Source of the DNA: Octopus vulgaris
Taxonomy: Eukaryota
DNA: 64,000 nucleotides
NCBI GenBank assembly: GCA_951406725.2
Contig: OX597818.1
Coordinates: 126,418,001-126,482,000 of the forward strand
Direction: 5' to 3'
Below, one piece after another: positions 45,680-58,885 of this stretch (positions within the stretch are counted from its first letter, which is position 1; the number at the start of each line of letters is the position of its first letter). The position numbers were made by a program, and so were the translations under genes. The notes beneath the pieces are model-generated. The model was given only the letters and a program-made list of their open reading frames with translations, ran no database searches and was not told the origin of the DNA.

Positions 45680-45890
45680 ATACGTATCAAATGAGATAAA
45701 TGAAAAAAAAGGCGCAAAGGATGTTGCGGTACATATTTTTCGGGCTTTATAGAACAACTTATTCTTACTACTGATTTATCTGTTATATAGATTATGCATT
45801 GATGTAAGAATAATGTTTTTATAAAGCCCGAAACATATGTACCGCAACATCCTTTGCGTCTTGTTTTTCATTTATTTCATTTGATACATA
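45680..45890. repeat. Inverted repeat (arms about 90 bp) in (TA)n, carrying the 3' half of a hammerhead-like motif
   Basis: GCAAAGGATGTTGCGGTACATATTTTTCGGGCTTTATA mirrored by TATAAAGCCCGAAACATATGTACCGCAACATCCTTTGC. GAAAC-ATAT-GTA gives a palindromic stem III. Confidence 0.8.
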
Positions 45891-45943
45891 TATATGTATA
45901 TAGATATAGATATAGATATAGATATACAGAGTAAGAGAAAGAT

Positions 45944-45985
<42 letters not shown>

Positions 45986-46299
45986 ACATAAAAACACTCA
46001 TTTGCACACATTTAATAATTGCAATAAGTGGTGTCGTGCTCGTTCTATTTAATAAGTGTGTGTATGTGCGTTTGTTTAGGTGAGTGTGGGTATCATCTAC
46101 GTCTATGTGGACGTGTGTTCATCCGCTGGGGTCGTTTGTGACTGTCAAGCTGTATTGAAGTCAATTTCTAATTACATAACATCTTATTTAACTACGTTAA
46201 TCAATGCATGAATACACATATATATAATTATTTATAATTGTATAATAATTATAATTATATATATATATGTATATATTATATATATAATATATATACAAA

Positions 46300-46347
<48 letters not shown>

Positions 46348-46874
46348 AATAATAGTTTGTATACATTATGTATGAAGAATAATATATAAAGTGATTGCCA
46401 CACACAGACACACAGACATGTGTGAGTAAATACATACGTATAGATGTCATGGTTAAAGAAATTTAACTAGAGTTCAACTATTCACTTCAGTCTAGCATAT
46501 TCAGATTTTTCTTTGTGTTCTGCAATGAAGTGGCTTATCAAGATAGCACTGAATATTTTGTCTTCATTCAGTGTCCCTGGGGTGAGTGTTATTTACTGAA
46601 GCCATAATTTCCCAAATTATACTCGCCGAAGATTTTTGAATTTAGCTTTTCATTAGTTTTACATAAACGAAGTGTTTTACAGCATTGAACTAACTATAGG
46701 AACTAACTATATGAACATTGTAACTCTTTAAATAGAGACTACGGGGTTCCTATTCAAAGAGCAATACAGGTTAAATGTTATAATTCACTGTACTTTAAAC
46801 GTGATACTTAGCTGCTTTCGGTTATTTGCAATCGTTTCATATAAATCTAGCCTTAAGTTAATGTTGGCTTCAAA

Positions 46875-47060
46875 TTTTGACACAAGGCCAGAAATTTCGG
46901 GAAGAGACTTAGTCGATTAGATGGACTCCAGTGCTCAACTGGTACTTATTTTATTAACCCCAAAAGAATGAAAGGCGAAGCCGAACTCCGCGGAATTTGA
47001 ACTCAAAACGTAAAGACAGACGAAATGCCTCTAAGCATTCTTCTGCCAGTTAAACGCCCT
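46875..47060 (-). mobile_element. SINE family B (diverged)
   Basis: CTGGTACTTATTTTAT..GAATGAAAGGCGAAG..GCGGAATTTGAACTC. Confidence 0.75.
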
Positions 47061-47153
47061 TTCTTCCGTTAATGTTAATTCCAACACACATCAAGATCGT
47101 ATCCTAACAATTGATGGCCACATTCTCCCCACATATCCCATTTCGCTTTCTCA

Positions 47154-47191
<38 letters not shown>

Positions 47192-47194
47192 TTT

Positions 47195-47233
<39 letters not shown>

Positions 47234-47883
47234 GTCTCTTTCTCTGCCCGCTTGTCTGCCCATCTGTCTGTTTGTCTCCCCTCTCTCCCCCTCTCTTTGA
47301 TATCTTTTTTTCAAATTCTTTGAAAAGGAGAGTAAATTTATAATGCTGATTGCTTCGCCATGCTAGATGTTAGCCGTCTCATTACCCATAAGACTGGCTG
47401 ATGAGAAATCTGAACATCATTGGATTATAGTGATATACATAAGTATAACACGTATGTCAACCTTTCAGTACCTATACACAAATATCCAGTGATAGACATC
47501 AGCAAAATGACCGGAAACTATTTCAACTGCAGACTGAAAAATCATCGGATTGCTGTCTCCTGAAATTTCTCAATAAAACGAACATATGTGCACAATGATA
47601 TAATCTGCACATTATATATTGTCATTTACACACGTAGATACAGAGCAATTGTTCTCACTTACACACACTCACACACAAATACGAACAAGCGGATTAAAGG
47701 AGTGCATACGCCCCTTACACGTGTGCAAGTACACCTACAGAGTTCTTTATATTTATGCACACATTAGCTCATACTCGCATGTTCATAATTCCCTAGGAGT
47801 GTCTTGTATCAAAGAAAGTTTCGTGACATTTTAATGACCGGCTTGAATTTAATGGAGGACTTAAACAGAACTTCAAGGTAAGC

Positions 47884-48330
47884 CTACCTACCCACCTACC
47901 TACCTACCTACCTACCTACCTACCTACCTACCTACATACCTACCTACCTACCTACATACATACCTACCTACCTACCTACCTACCTACCTACCTACATACA
48001 TACATACATACATACCTACATACATACCTACCTACATACCTACCTACCTACCTATATACCTACATACATACATACATACATACATACATACATAACCACC
48101 TACGTACCTACATACATACATACATACATACACACATGCATACATACATACATACATACATACATACATACATACATACATACATACCTACATAACTACA
48201 TACCTACATAACTACCTACCTACCAACGTACCTACCTACTTTCCTACCTACTTACCTACCTACCTACCTACCTACATGATACATACATACATACACACCT
48301 ATATACATACATACATGCATGCATACATGT
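47884..48330. repeat. (CCTA)n/(CATA)n compound tetranucleotide array
   Basis: Direct reading. Confidence 0.95.
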
Positions 48331-48926
48331 ATTATACGTAAATATATGTAAGCATATATATACATGCATACATTCGCGATGGTCGTCGGTTCGATAACGA
48401 GTGTAAACCAGAGCTTAAAAATAACATTTTTCTGGGTCTTGTTTCATACATACATACATACATACATACATACATACATACATACATACATACATACATA
48501 CATACATGCATACATACATACATACATACATACATACACACATACATACATACATTACTTTAACAGACTTCGAAAAGTATGACCGTCAGAGATGGACACA
48601 CTAAGTACCACTGATAACTTCTACATGAACAGTGACAGGATCCGTGTTAAATGGATGACATAAGGTCCGTCGCAATGATCTTTGTGTCTCGCATGGTACC
48701 CCTCAATGAGCGCCTGTTAAATAATAAAGGGAGAAATGAATACATCATACGCGTACAGACGATAAAAATAGTAAAACACACTGAAAGTAGCTCAAGAATA
48801 TTTCAGTAATGTATTCTGAGTATACAACTATTCTATGCGACCCTAGGTTAGTTGAACTGACCTACTTAGATACTGAGAGAAACAGTACTACCAATAAGTT
48901 AGGCTTGGGCATTAATCTCCAAAATT

Positions 48927-49351
48927 TGTAGCAAGGCACAAGAAGTCAGCGCCATTTTTTAACGAGATCTCGCCGGTAGCTATTGCCATGTGCGAGATAA
49001 GAACGAGATCTCGCCTGTAACCATTTGCCATTTGCGAGACGACAACGAGATTCTCGCCGGCAACCAGTATATAAGCAAGAGACCAACGACATTCACTCTC
49101 TCACTCTTCTCACGCTCAACGCCTAGAAGCACTGCGAAGCCAGCAGCTCACAGCAGACTCTTGTCCCACTCTGAATCCACATGAACATCTCCAGAGGTAA
49201 TGAACCTCACGTGTACGGAGTTAAGACAAACCACGCGTTGCTATAAAGATGGTTACTGAGAGCGAACCACATGAACGAGAATTCCGTAAATAAAGGGCTA
49301 TTGAATTGTATTCCGCTTGTGAACTTCGTGTTCTAGATCCTTGAAACTACA
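48927..49351 (+). mobile_element. Solo LTR of an LTR retrotransposon
   Basis: TGTAG...CTACA termini, 425 bp. Three AACGAGAT(T)CTCGCC repeats, TATATAAG at about 49068, AATAAA at about 49289. Imperfect 5-bp flanks AAATT/AAAAT. Confidence 0.65.
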
Positions 49352-49875
49352 AAAATACTTGATATGGGAGGAGATACTCCACAGGTATCATAAAGCTTCC
49401 ATTCCGTTATAAATTAAAAGACACACACACACACACACAGAAACACACACACACACACACACAGAAACACACACACACACACAAAGGAGAAAAGTAGCCT
49501 CACCTGGTCCTATGATAGATATATTACATGCCACTAGACGGATATATTTTTGCTAAAACCTAAATAACGGGTGAGTTTGCATCTAAACCTCCACGCTGTG
49601 CAAGAAATTATCAACTGTATCACAACAGTGTGGTAGATATTATCCACGTCATTAACATATAGCCAAAAGTATATGCAAAATACTATCTTCTTGTGAGACA
49701 GGATGCTATTGTGCAAACTATTTAAATAGTCCTGACTACCATAGCAAAGGTACATAAGAACCACAATGTCTCCACATGTTGCAAAATAAGGAGACTATTT
49801 TCAGTGCAACGTTCCGATAAAACCAATAATCTGGTGCATGTGTATGTGTGTATAGATATGTTTGTGTGAGAGAGG

Positions 49876-49923
<48 letters not shown>

Positions 49924-50154
49924 TCAGACACAGGTAAGCACATAGGTGCAAAACAAGGAAGAAACAACAGTACCCAAATACCTTTGGTAATTGAGTATTA
50001 TTGTGTTAAACTGAAGCTGAAAACATTTTTCACAAAATATTACTCACTTTCATGTAAACGTTCGTCAGACAGTAATAATAAATCAGTAATTCGGACAAAA
50101 TTAGACCGTGAAGTTCTTTCGGTTTCAGCAAAATAGTGTGTATATGTGTGCGTG

Positions 50155-50224
<70 letters not shown>

Positions 50225-50277
50225 TGAGTGTGTATGTATGCATGTGTGTATGCATGTATGTATGTGTGTATGTATGT

Positions 50278-52369
50278 TATAATTCAGTTTATTTCAAGAT
50301 TTCTTGCCAATAGAGAAAGAACCGGTTTCTAACTAACCTAGATCTAAGGCTCCTTTATTGCAATTTTAACATCATCAACGTATGTATGTATGTATGTACC
50401 GATTTGTATATTTTATGTGTATTCTCATGCATATAGTTGCATATCTAGACATGCTCATATATCTTTTAAATGATAAACTTCTGGAAAGTTTTACAGAATT
50501 TTACAGTTCCAGTGATGGACTGGATCTGTAGTCTTTGAATTAGCTTTCTCCTTTCTGGTTTTGAGAAGCCTAATTTCTCAAGATTTGTATTTAGGCAGTG
50601 TGCTACATATCCCAGGGCCTCAATAATTACAGGTATAAATCTGAACTTGTAATCTGGATAGAGTAACTGCAGATTTCTCAATAGTTCAGCATAGGTGTTC
50701 TCTTTTTTAGTGATCTTCAGCTTTATGTTAACATCTACTGGGTAGCTAATTTCCACAACTGTGCACAGTTTCTCTTCTCTATCCCAAAATCATTATATCA
50801 GGTCTGTTGTGCTTATATTTTATTGAAGACTTCACTGGCACATTCCTCCAGTATTCCTTTTTATTATGAGTGGCTATGGCCTCTACTATGTTGTGAGTTC
50901 TTATTTCTTTGTCCTCGGGATTACCCTTCCGACGGATTTCATTATAGAGTGTCCTAGCTACTACGCCTTGTCTCATCGGTTGATAAAACTATGATGACAT
51001 TTTCGGACAACTGCTTATGATGTGGGTGATATCTTCAGTTTGAATTCCACAAAGTCTGCATCGGTTGTCACATTTTAAGGCTTTTCTTGCATCTCTATCC
51101 CTTTTGTGCATCAGGTACTTGGTTGATATTTCCTATTCTTGGACTGCAATCGCATACCCTACAAAGTGGGAGGTAGTAATCCGGCTATTGGTCCATGATA
51201 AATTGCATTGATGATCGTTGTTACTATCATCACAGAGCTTTCTACTAACATATCCATGCATAGTCTTCTGCTCACACAGGCTCATCCTTTCAGCAGATGA
51301 TACGTTGCGGTAGAGTCGTGCGACTTCTTTGGGAATATATTCTAGGTTATCAGACAAAGAGTGTTGCAGAAGGAGCTGCTATCCAAGTCTTATGATGTTA
51401 TCGGCCTCGTGTATGCAAACTTGGTGAAGGGATGCATTTCAACACTCGATAGTTAAGAGATGTTGCCGTAGGGATATAATGCGACATTCAAAGGCATTTT
51501 GGATCGATGTAAAGGTTCTGCCACCTTGTTATCGTTTTAGGTAGGGGCAGTCCACGTCACTGTTTATGTGGAAATAATGTGTGGTTGTTAGTATTTTTCG
51601 GATTTTCGAAACAAATGGCTCGGGTCTCATCATGCGTCCAATTAAGCAGCTCAAATGTTGGTATAAGTACTGGCACTGCAAACACATTGTGGGCCAGTTT
51701 TATTGAATGCAGAGAATTCTGAGGTCCACATTTTATTTATTCGGTTGTAATATTCTTTAGTGATACGTATTTTGTTACAGGTGCTATTTTAAGATATATT
51801 TTCTTCCATCCCTAGATACCTGTAACATTCCTTGTCAGATACAGGGGAAACAGTCAAATCATTGATATAGATGCTACTAGCCTGGTTTATAGATCTCCTC
51901 TTTATAACCATATAACAATATTTTTCCTGACCAAACTCCTATCCAAGATCCTTTGAGAATGTTGTAACTAGGTGAAGGCTTCTTTGCATCTACATATTCT
52001 TTGCATAAAGTTTTAAGTCAACCACAAAGAAACAGTGTGTAATTTTGGTATTTCTGTTTTCTTGTGAACCAGTGAGATATCCTTCAGACTTCCTTAACAT
52101 GAATGACAAGGAGTTTACAGAACGTATAAACAACATCACAGAGAGGCTGTCTCCTTTGAATATGCCTTTGCGATATTGTATTCTATCGGTGATAATACAG
52201 TTACTCTTTCTGCTTAATTTCAAGATGGTGGTCCACGGTGAAGTCAGGTCGGCTATGGCTTTGACTATTCTCACTGGAACTTTAGCAAGTTGAAGGGCTT
52301 CTAGCATCCATGGGGTGGGAACAGAGTCAACGGCTTTCTGTAGTCTAGCCATATTGAAACTAGGTTTCT
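50278..52369 (-). mobile_element. R4/Dong-like non-LTR retrotransposon (RT, CCHC and restriction-like endonuclease), 5'-truncated and frameshifted
   Basis: Fragments WLDYRK..DSVP, GIFKGDSLS, THCFFVVDLKLYA, CRLC..HIISSC, HNRPDIMI and EISYPVDVNI..KENTYAEL..FIPVII. Both ends lie in (TACA)n. Confidence 0.85.
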
Positions 52370-52902
52370 GTGTATGTATGTATGTATGTATGTATGTATG
52401 TATGTATGTATGTATGTATGTATGTATGTATGTATGTATGTATGTATGTATGCATGTATGTATGTATATGATGTATGTATGTATGTATGCATGTATGTAT
52501 GTATGTGGTTCCTGGGCGAATATCTCCAACGAATTCCAGATAAACTACCTAACACCGGCTATATCACCGCAAACAATAACTCTCAACTTGAATGGCTTAT
52601 GGTGCCCAAACAACGACTGATATGAAACATCTGTGTTTTCCAAGTTGTGCTATCATTAGACATGGCTTGGGCTAACGCTGTCTAAGTATATATATACATA
52701 CATACATACATACATACATACATACATACATACATACATACATACGTACATACATACATACATACTTACATATATATATATATATAATGTTTAATAATAA
52801 CAAAGGAAATGGAATTTAATTAAATTTAAAATATTCAATCAAAATTTACATTTCCAGTGGTCTAACGTGCAAAAAATTAAACAAGAAGACTATATATTAG
52901 TT

Positions 52903-53362
52903 ATACGATATAGTGTATATTTATACACATAAGGAATCCACATATAGTGTATATTTATACACATAAGGAATTCAACACATTAGATAACCACAAAAATGAT
53001 AGATAAAATTCGACAGGAACAAATTTGGAAAATTGAAAAACATTTACCGTTTAATACCCCGGACCAAATTTGGTTTCTGATCTTCTTTTAGCGAGTCGGG
53101 GGAACTCGCAAGGTCTGATCTTCTTCGGCGAGGTCCAACCAGGGGTTAAAACATATAAGACAGAAGACAAGTACTGCTACCTGTCTACTGTTTATACGAA
53201 GTAACTTTTCAAATTTCAAATTTTTCTCCGTGATATTAAATGGTAAATGTTTTTCATTTCCAAATATATTCCTGTCGAATTTTATCTATTATTTTTGTGG
53301 CTATCTAATGTGTTGAATCGCACCCTAAGTGTGGATTCATGTGTATAAATATACACTATATC

Positions 53363-53365
<3 letters not shown>
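52903..53365. repeat. Inverted-repeat cassette (arms about 130-150 bp) between (TA)n tracts
   Basis: TTCAACACATTAGATA..GATAAAATTCGACAGGAA..AAAAACATTTACC mirrored at 53233-53320; ATATAGTGTATATTTATACACAT mirrored at 53338-53362. Confidence 0.85.
53057..53133 (-). ncRNA. Variant hammerhead ribozyme candidate (CCGAAGA core)
   Basis: Minus strand: CCTCG-CCGAAGA-AGATC(..GCGAGT/ACTCGC..)GATCA-GAAAC-CAAATTTG-GTC^CGGGG. Stem III ACCAAATTTGGT is a perfect palindrome. Confidence 0.55.
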
Positions 53366-53424
<59 letters not shown>

Positions 53425-53440
53425 CAGAACACATTTATTA

Positions 53441-53506
<66 letters not shown>

Positions 53507-53622
53507 GGTTCTTTCTTTCTGTCTATCTATCTATCTATCTATCTATACTATCTATCTATCTATATATGGTTATATATATATCTATGTCTTTCTCTCTGCA
53601 TCTATTCATACCTGTATATCTC

Positions 53623-53689
<67 letters not shown>

Positions 53690-53694
<5 letters not shown>

Positions 53695-54443
53695 TGGCCT
53701 ATTATGGTCGTTCCTTTATTGTTGATGTTAAACTTAAAAATGGTCTATGACTATTTTAATTTTTTTCCTACTAGGCCGCTGGTGGCAAAAGAATTCTACA
53801 AAATTTTTTTTTGCCACCCTATATTGATTAATAAATATATATATATATATATATAATTAATCAATATAAGGGGTGGCAAAAAAAAAATTTGTAGAATTCT
53901 TTTTTGCCACCAGCGGCCTAGTGGGAAAAAATTAAATGGTCATAAACCATTTTTGAAATGGATATCAACATCACAATCAACGGAACGGCCATAATAGGCC
54001 ATTCACCCACTAAGAAATAACAGCCAAAAGCTTTAACCGCAAAATAACATCATTGATTAATTATGAATTTTCTGGTTAATTCCGTAATGGAATCGGCGGC
54101 TTATATTTATTTGCTGCCGATAAATTTGGCGCGAGTGCGACGATTTGAAAATTTTAGGTCAGATATTGCCGAGGTAGCAAGAGGAATGCCTCGGGAAAAA
54201 TATCTGTTCCGACTTGGCTATTTTTACTGATGAATCTAAGGGCCTATGGTAGATTGGCTTGATTTAATTTAATCAGGTTAGTTTACCATTAAACGGTAGA
54301 TGAAACGGTGCATCGTCTAAGAAATTACAGGGTAAATGTTTTTTAATTTTCTCCTGGTTTACGGAATTGATGTTATTTTGCGGTTAAAGCTTTTGGCTGT
54401 TATTTCTAATGGGTGAATGGCCTATTATGGCCGTTCCTTGATT

Positions 54444-54447
<4 letters not shown>
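53690..54447. mobile_element. Hammerhead-containing cassette with nested inverted duplications in (TA)n
   Basis: 53690-53832 is the inverse of 53856-54005 across a TA tract, and 53970-54052 is the inverse of 54368-54447. The hammerhead sits in the unique centre. Confidence 0.7.
54220..54325 (+). ncRNA. Type I hammerhead ribozyme candidate with enlarged stem II
   Basis: TTTTTA-CTGATGA(54227-54233)-ATCTA(58-nt structured insert)TAGAT-GAAAC-GGTGCATC-GTC^TAAGAA. Stem III is self-complementary. Confidence 0.8.
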
Positions 54448-54502
<55 letters not shown>

Positions 54503-54544
54503 ATGGTTATATCTTTATTACCTGTCTTTCTCTCTGCATCTATG

Positions 54545-54583
<39 letters not shown>

Positions 54584-54609
54584 GCATAGATAGGTAGAAA
54601 GAAAGAACC

Positions 54610-54691
<82 letters not shown>

Positions 54692-55036
54692 TAATAAATG
54701 TGTTCTGATACAGGGTACATCTAGATTTACGATTTCGTAATGCTCAGTTTTGGGTAACATGGGAAAATAGACTTCTGGATTGTAGTGTAAAATGGATTCT
54801 TTTATTTTTTTACTCGTGTTTAGTGGCATAACGACAGAGGATGGTGGACAACTAAAAGTATATTCATGTGTACGTATCTTTCGCTCGACCTCTTTTAGAT
54901 CCTACTGTCTGTGACGTCCGTATATGTACATACAAACCAGTACTCTCGTATGTATGTATGTATGTATGTATGTATGTATGTATGTATGTATGTATGTATG
55001 TATATATGTATGTATGTATGTATGTGTATATATATA

Positions 55037-55162
55037 TTTGTATACACAAGTACGTATACGGATCTAATATACATGCCTATACATACATACATTCATACAT
55101 GTATGTATATATGTATGTATAGGCATGTATATTAAATACGTGTACGTACTTATGTATACAAA
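55037..55162. repeat. Imperfect palindrome centred near 55099
   Basis: TTTGTATACACAAGTACGTA..TAATATACATGCCTATACATAC mirrored by GTATGTATAGGCATGTATATTA..TACGTACTTATGTATACAAA. Confidence 0.75.
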
Positions 55163-55716
55163 TATATATATACACACACATACATATAAATACATACATA
55201 CATATATGTGTGTTTGTATAAATTCATGCAAACCTACATACAAAATGCATACATAATTACACACAGACAGATATATACACACACACATACACACACACAT
55301 ACATATGTACATACAGACATACACACACACTTATGTACATACACACATACATGCATAAATACACACATGCGTATAAATACGCATAAATATAAATATACGT
55401 ACACAGATATATGTATATGTGCATATATGTATGTACATATATATCTGCGTGTTTATGTATACATGGATATAGAAGATATATACACATATGAATCTGTGTG
55501 GTTGTGTACAAATGATAAGTTAATAGGTAATTAATGTTTTTCATATGAAGAGCGAGTTTAAACACTATACATTTCCAAGTAACAATTTCAGAAGGAAAAA
55601 TGTATCATAAAATTACTGATGGGAATCAAAGCGTGTATTATGTTGGTAAAGATATAATCACATTTAAAAATATAACTACATATAACCACATACACAATCC
55701 ACATACACACACACAT

Positions 55717-55757
<41 letters not shown>

Positions 55758-57471
55758 GTATATACTTGAGAATGTATGTGTGTATGCACTTGTATTGATG
55801 TATGATTAGTGTGTGTATGTATTCAATTGTAATATGTCTCGTCGTGTTAATATGTATATGTATTAGCAAATTTTTTTCCAGGGTATTTAATTAAAGACGT
55901 GACTTTCCTTCTGTTTTGTACAACATCGTACGCTGCATTTTTAAATACTAGTTTATTTCTTACATTAACTCATTTTATCTTGCTCTTTAGATCTTAAGAA
56001 TATGTATTTATATTCCTTTTCTTTTTATATTTCATTAGGATTCTTCCTCGAAGGGGAGAACAGGTTTGTAACAGAACAACTGAATTGCATCGTTGGAATT
56101 TTGTAACAACAATGATAAGTGTTACATGTTGAACTTTAGAAAAGTTTTTTTAAATATTTTTTGTGTTCCCCTTGCAGATTGTATTTATAAAATGTGTATA
56201 AGCCAATCTTGTTTTCATTGAAAATTCTAGTTTTTTGAGATTCTCAGATATTTATTGACAAAACGAAACACATTGATAATTATTGGTGTAAATGTGAAAT
56301 TATAACCTGAGTAGAGGAGCTTCAGGATTCGAAGCAGTTGTCCATAAGTATTCTTCTTGATTTTGGAAGAGATCTTTACCTCTTTGGGCAGCTAAACTTT
56401 ACGACTATATATGTCTTAAGTCTTTAATAAACTATATTTCAAATGCAGTCTTCCGTTAGTTGACTTTGCAACTGCTACACCTATCAATCTGAATGAAACT
56501 AACGAGTTGGTTGCCTCGAATTTGAGAGCAATAAGAGCAAAATCTCTCTCAAGTTACAAGTCGAACCATACTACTAACTAAGGGGAAAAAATTAACTAAA
56601 ATGCTCCTACATAAGCATAAAGAAAAATCTCGATAAGCTGCACCTTCGATCATTGGCTTGCCAGATAGGTTTGCTAAACAGCAAAAGTAACAACAACCAG
56701 CCAATCGGAACGTTTTGGAGGCATACTCGCTCTTGCATATAAATAAATTGCAACACTGAAGAAAAGTCGAAGGAAGCTCTCCAATGATGTAGCAGGCAAA
56801 TATTCTTCAAATCAAACTCTAGTGTGTTAAATAAAGGATACTTTGTAGAACGTAACGGTAGATCTGAAAAACGAGCCGACAGTGAACGAAATATTTTTGA
56901 TCATAAGTCATATATACTCTAAGACTAAATAACAATATGAACAACACTAATAGCAACATATACCAGTGAATCACCTTACAAAATATCCCTGAAATCTAAG
57001 CAGGTTTTTTTGAAATGGATAACGTAGTGGGTGATGTAGTCCTAGATACACTACGCCCGAATACAAAAGACAAGACGACATTTGGAATGCCTTTTGGAGA
57101 CAGGTATGGTCAATGTGAGTTAACATAAGCATAAAACAACCATAAAAACGTAGTTACAAACAACAACAACAACAATTACAATAACAACAAAATCAACTTG
57201 GAATCAATATCTGGTAAGAACTACCAATGTATTAATGCGTAGATGCTTCACAAAAGGAACCTATTAACACATTTCTGTTACAGTCATCCAGTCACCATAT
57301 TTATTGTGATCAATAGTCAATGAGAACGAATAAACAGTGAATAAATTCAGTTAACTACGATATATAAAATACCTCCAATTTTACGGATGAATAACTAGAC
57401 CAATAGCAATGGCGTCATTGGACAGTGAAACGTCGAAACAATGGAATATGTGTGTGTGTGTATGTGCATAG

Positions 57472-57514
<43 letters not shown>

Positions 57515-57541
57515 GTATGTATATATATACATATATATATA

Positions 57542-57600
<59 letters not shown>

Positions 57601-57601
57601 T

Positions 57602-57632
<31 letters not shown>

Positions 57633-57734
57633 TTTACCTCCTTAACTTTTACTCCCTCCCCTCACTTAGCAGTCATTTAAATAGCTCTTTTGTCTTAATA
57701 GCGGTCAATCACACAGTAATTTCCCTTTGTTTAA

Positions 57735-57850
57735 CGGTCATTTTTCATAGCAATTTTACGATGGCCGGATAACTGAAGAGATGGCGGCGTGGATTTCCAC
57801 ATCCGAAACTCAGAGTTTTATCATGGCTACCGAATAATTGTCACATATTA

Positions 57851-57916
<66 letters not shown>

Positions 57917-58247
57917 AAATTTTATGTGACAATTATTCGGTAGCCAAGATAAAACTCTGAGTTTCGGATGCCGAGGTGGAAATCCACAACACCATCTCTT
58001 CGGTTATCTGGCCATTTGAAAACGCTATGAAAAAAGACCGTTATACAAAGGTCTTTTTTCATAGCGTTTTTCAGATGGCCAGATAACCATGAGATGGTGT
58101 TGTGGATTTCCACCTCGGCATCCGAAACTCAGAGTTTTATCTTGGCTACCGAATAATTGTCACATAAAATTTTACAGATAAATTTCCTCTATTTACATAA
58201 TATTGAGGTCTCTTTCTTTCTTTTGTTATCTTACCGTTTTTACCAAT
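57735..58247. mobile_element. Three alternating-orientation copies of a hammerhead-bearing unit in (TA)n
   Basis: Unit ..GGCCAGATAA..CATCCGAAACTCAGAGTTTTATCTTGGCTACCGAATAATTGTCACATA occurs +, -, +. Confidence 0.75.
57768..57822 (+). ncRNA. Type I hammerhead ribozyme candidate (copy 1 of 3)
   Basis: GATAA-CTGAAGA-GATG..CATCC-GAAAC-TCAGA-GTT^TTATC. Related copies at 57948-58008 (-, CCGAAGA core) and 58082-58141 (+, CCATGA core). Confidence 0.65.
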
Positions 58248-58443
58248 ATATATATATATTTATATATAGTCAGTAACTGCGTGGATATATTAATCTCTTA
58301 AAAGGATGATTTGATCCAAGTTACTCTGGTTTAATACCTTATATTGTTGAGAAATATCTCTTCAATATAAATAGGTACATTGTAAATATATTATAAAGTA
58401 AGAAAAGGTAGAATTTAAATGGATACAAATTAATCAATTAACA

Positions 58444-58885
58444 TCTTACTATAATGGTTGTTACGTCCGTCTATCTCTCCGTCTGTCTGTCTCTCTGTCT
58501 GTTTCCTCTTCACGGTCAAACGGCTAGACCATTGGTCATGATGATTTTCGGGATTACGAAGGAAGTAATCAAGAAGGTTTTTTGTGAAAAAACAAAAAAT
58601 GTGGAAAAAGTATGATTATTTAGTGGATAATCGCCTTTGATTTTTTTGTTAAAATTCCGGTGACGAGGATTAACTCTGGATTTCTCCCACTCCATATAGT
58701 TTGTGAATTTAGAAGGTTTAGATTTGCGACATCCCTTTATTTCCCATCGTAGAAAGGTAGATTTGCTGTCTTACTATAATGTGCGTTATACTGGTAGAAC
58801 AGTAAAAGGATCTGATTAGATGCCTGGCGATATCTATTACAGGTATGTGCCTCCATTCTGACAGCAGCGCCGGCATCAATACTAG
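58444..58885 (+). mobile_element. Non-autonomous Helitron (decayed)
   Basis: A|TCTTACTATAAT start, (CTGT)n tract, end ..CAGCGCCGGCATCAATA-CTAG|T. Confidence 0.55.
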
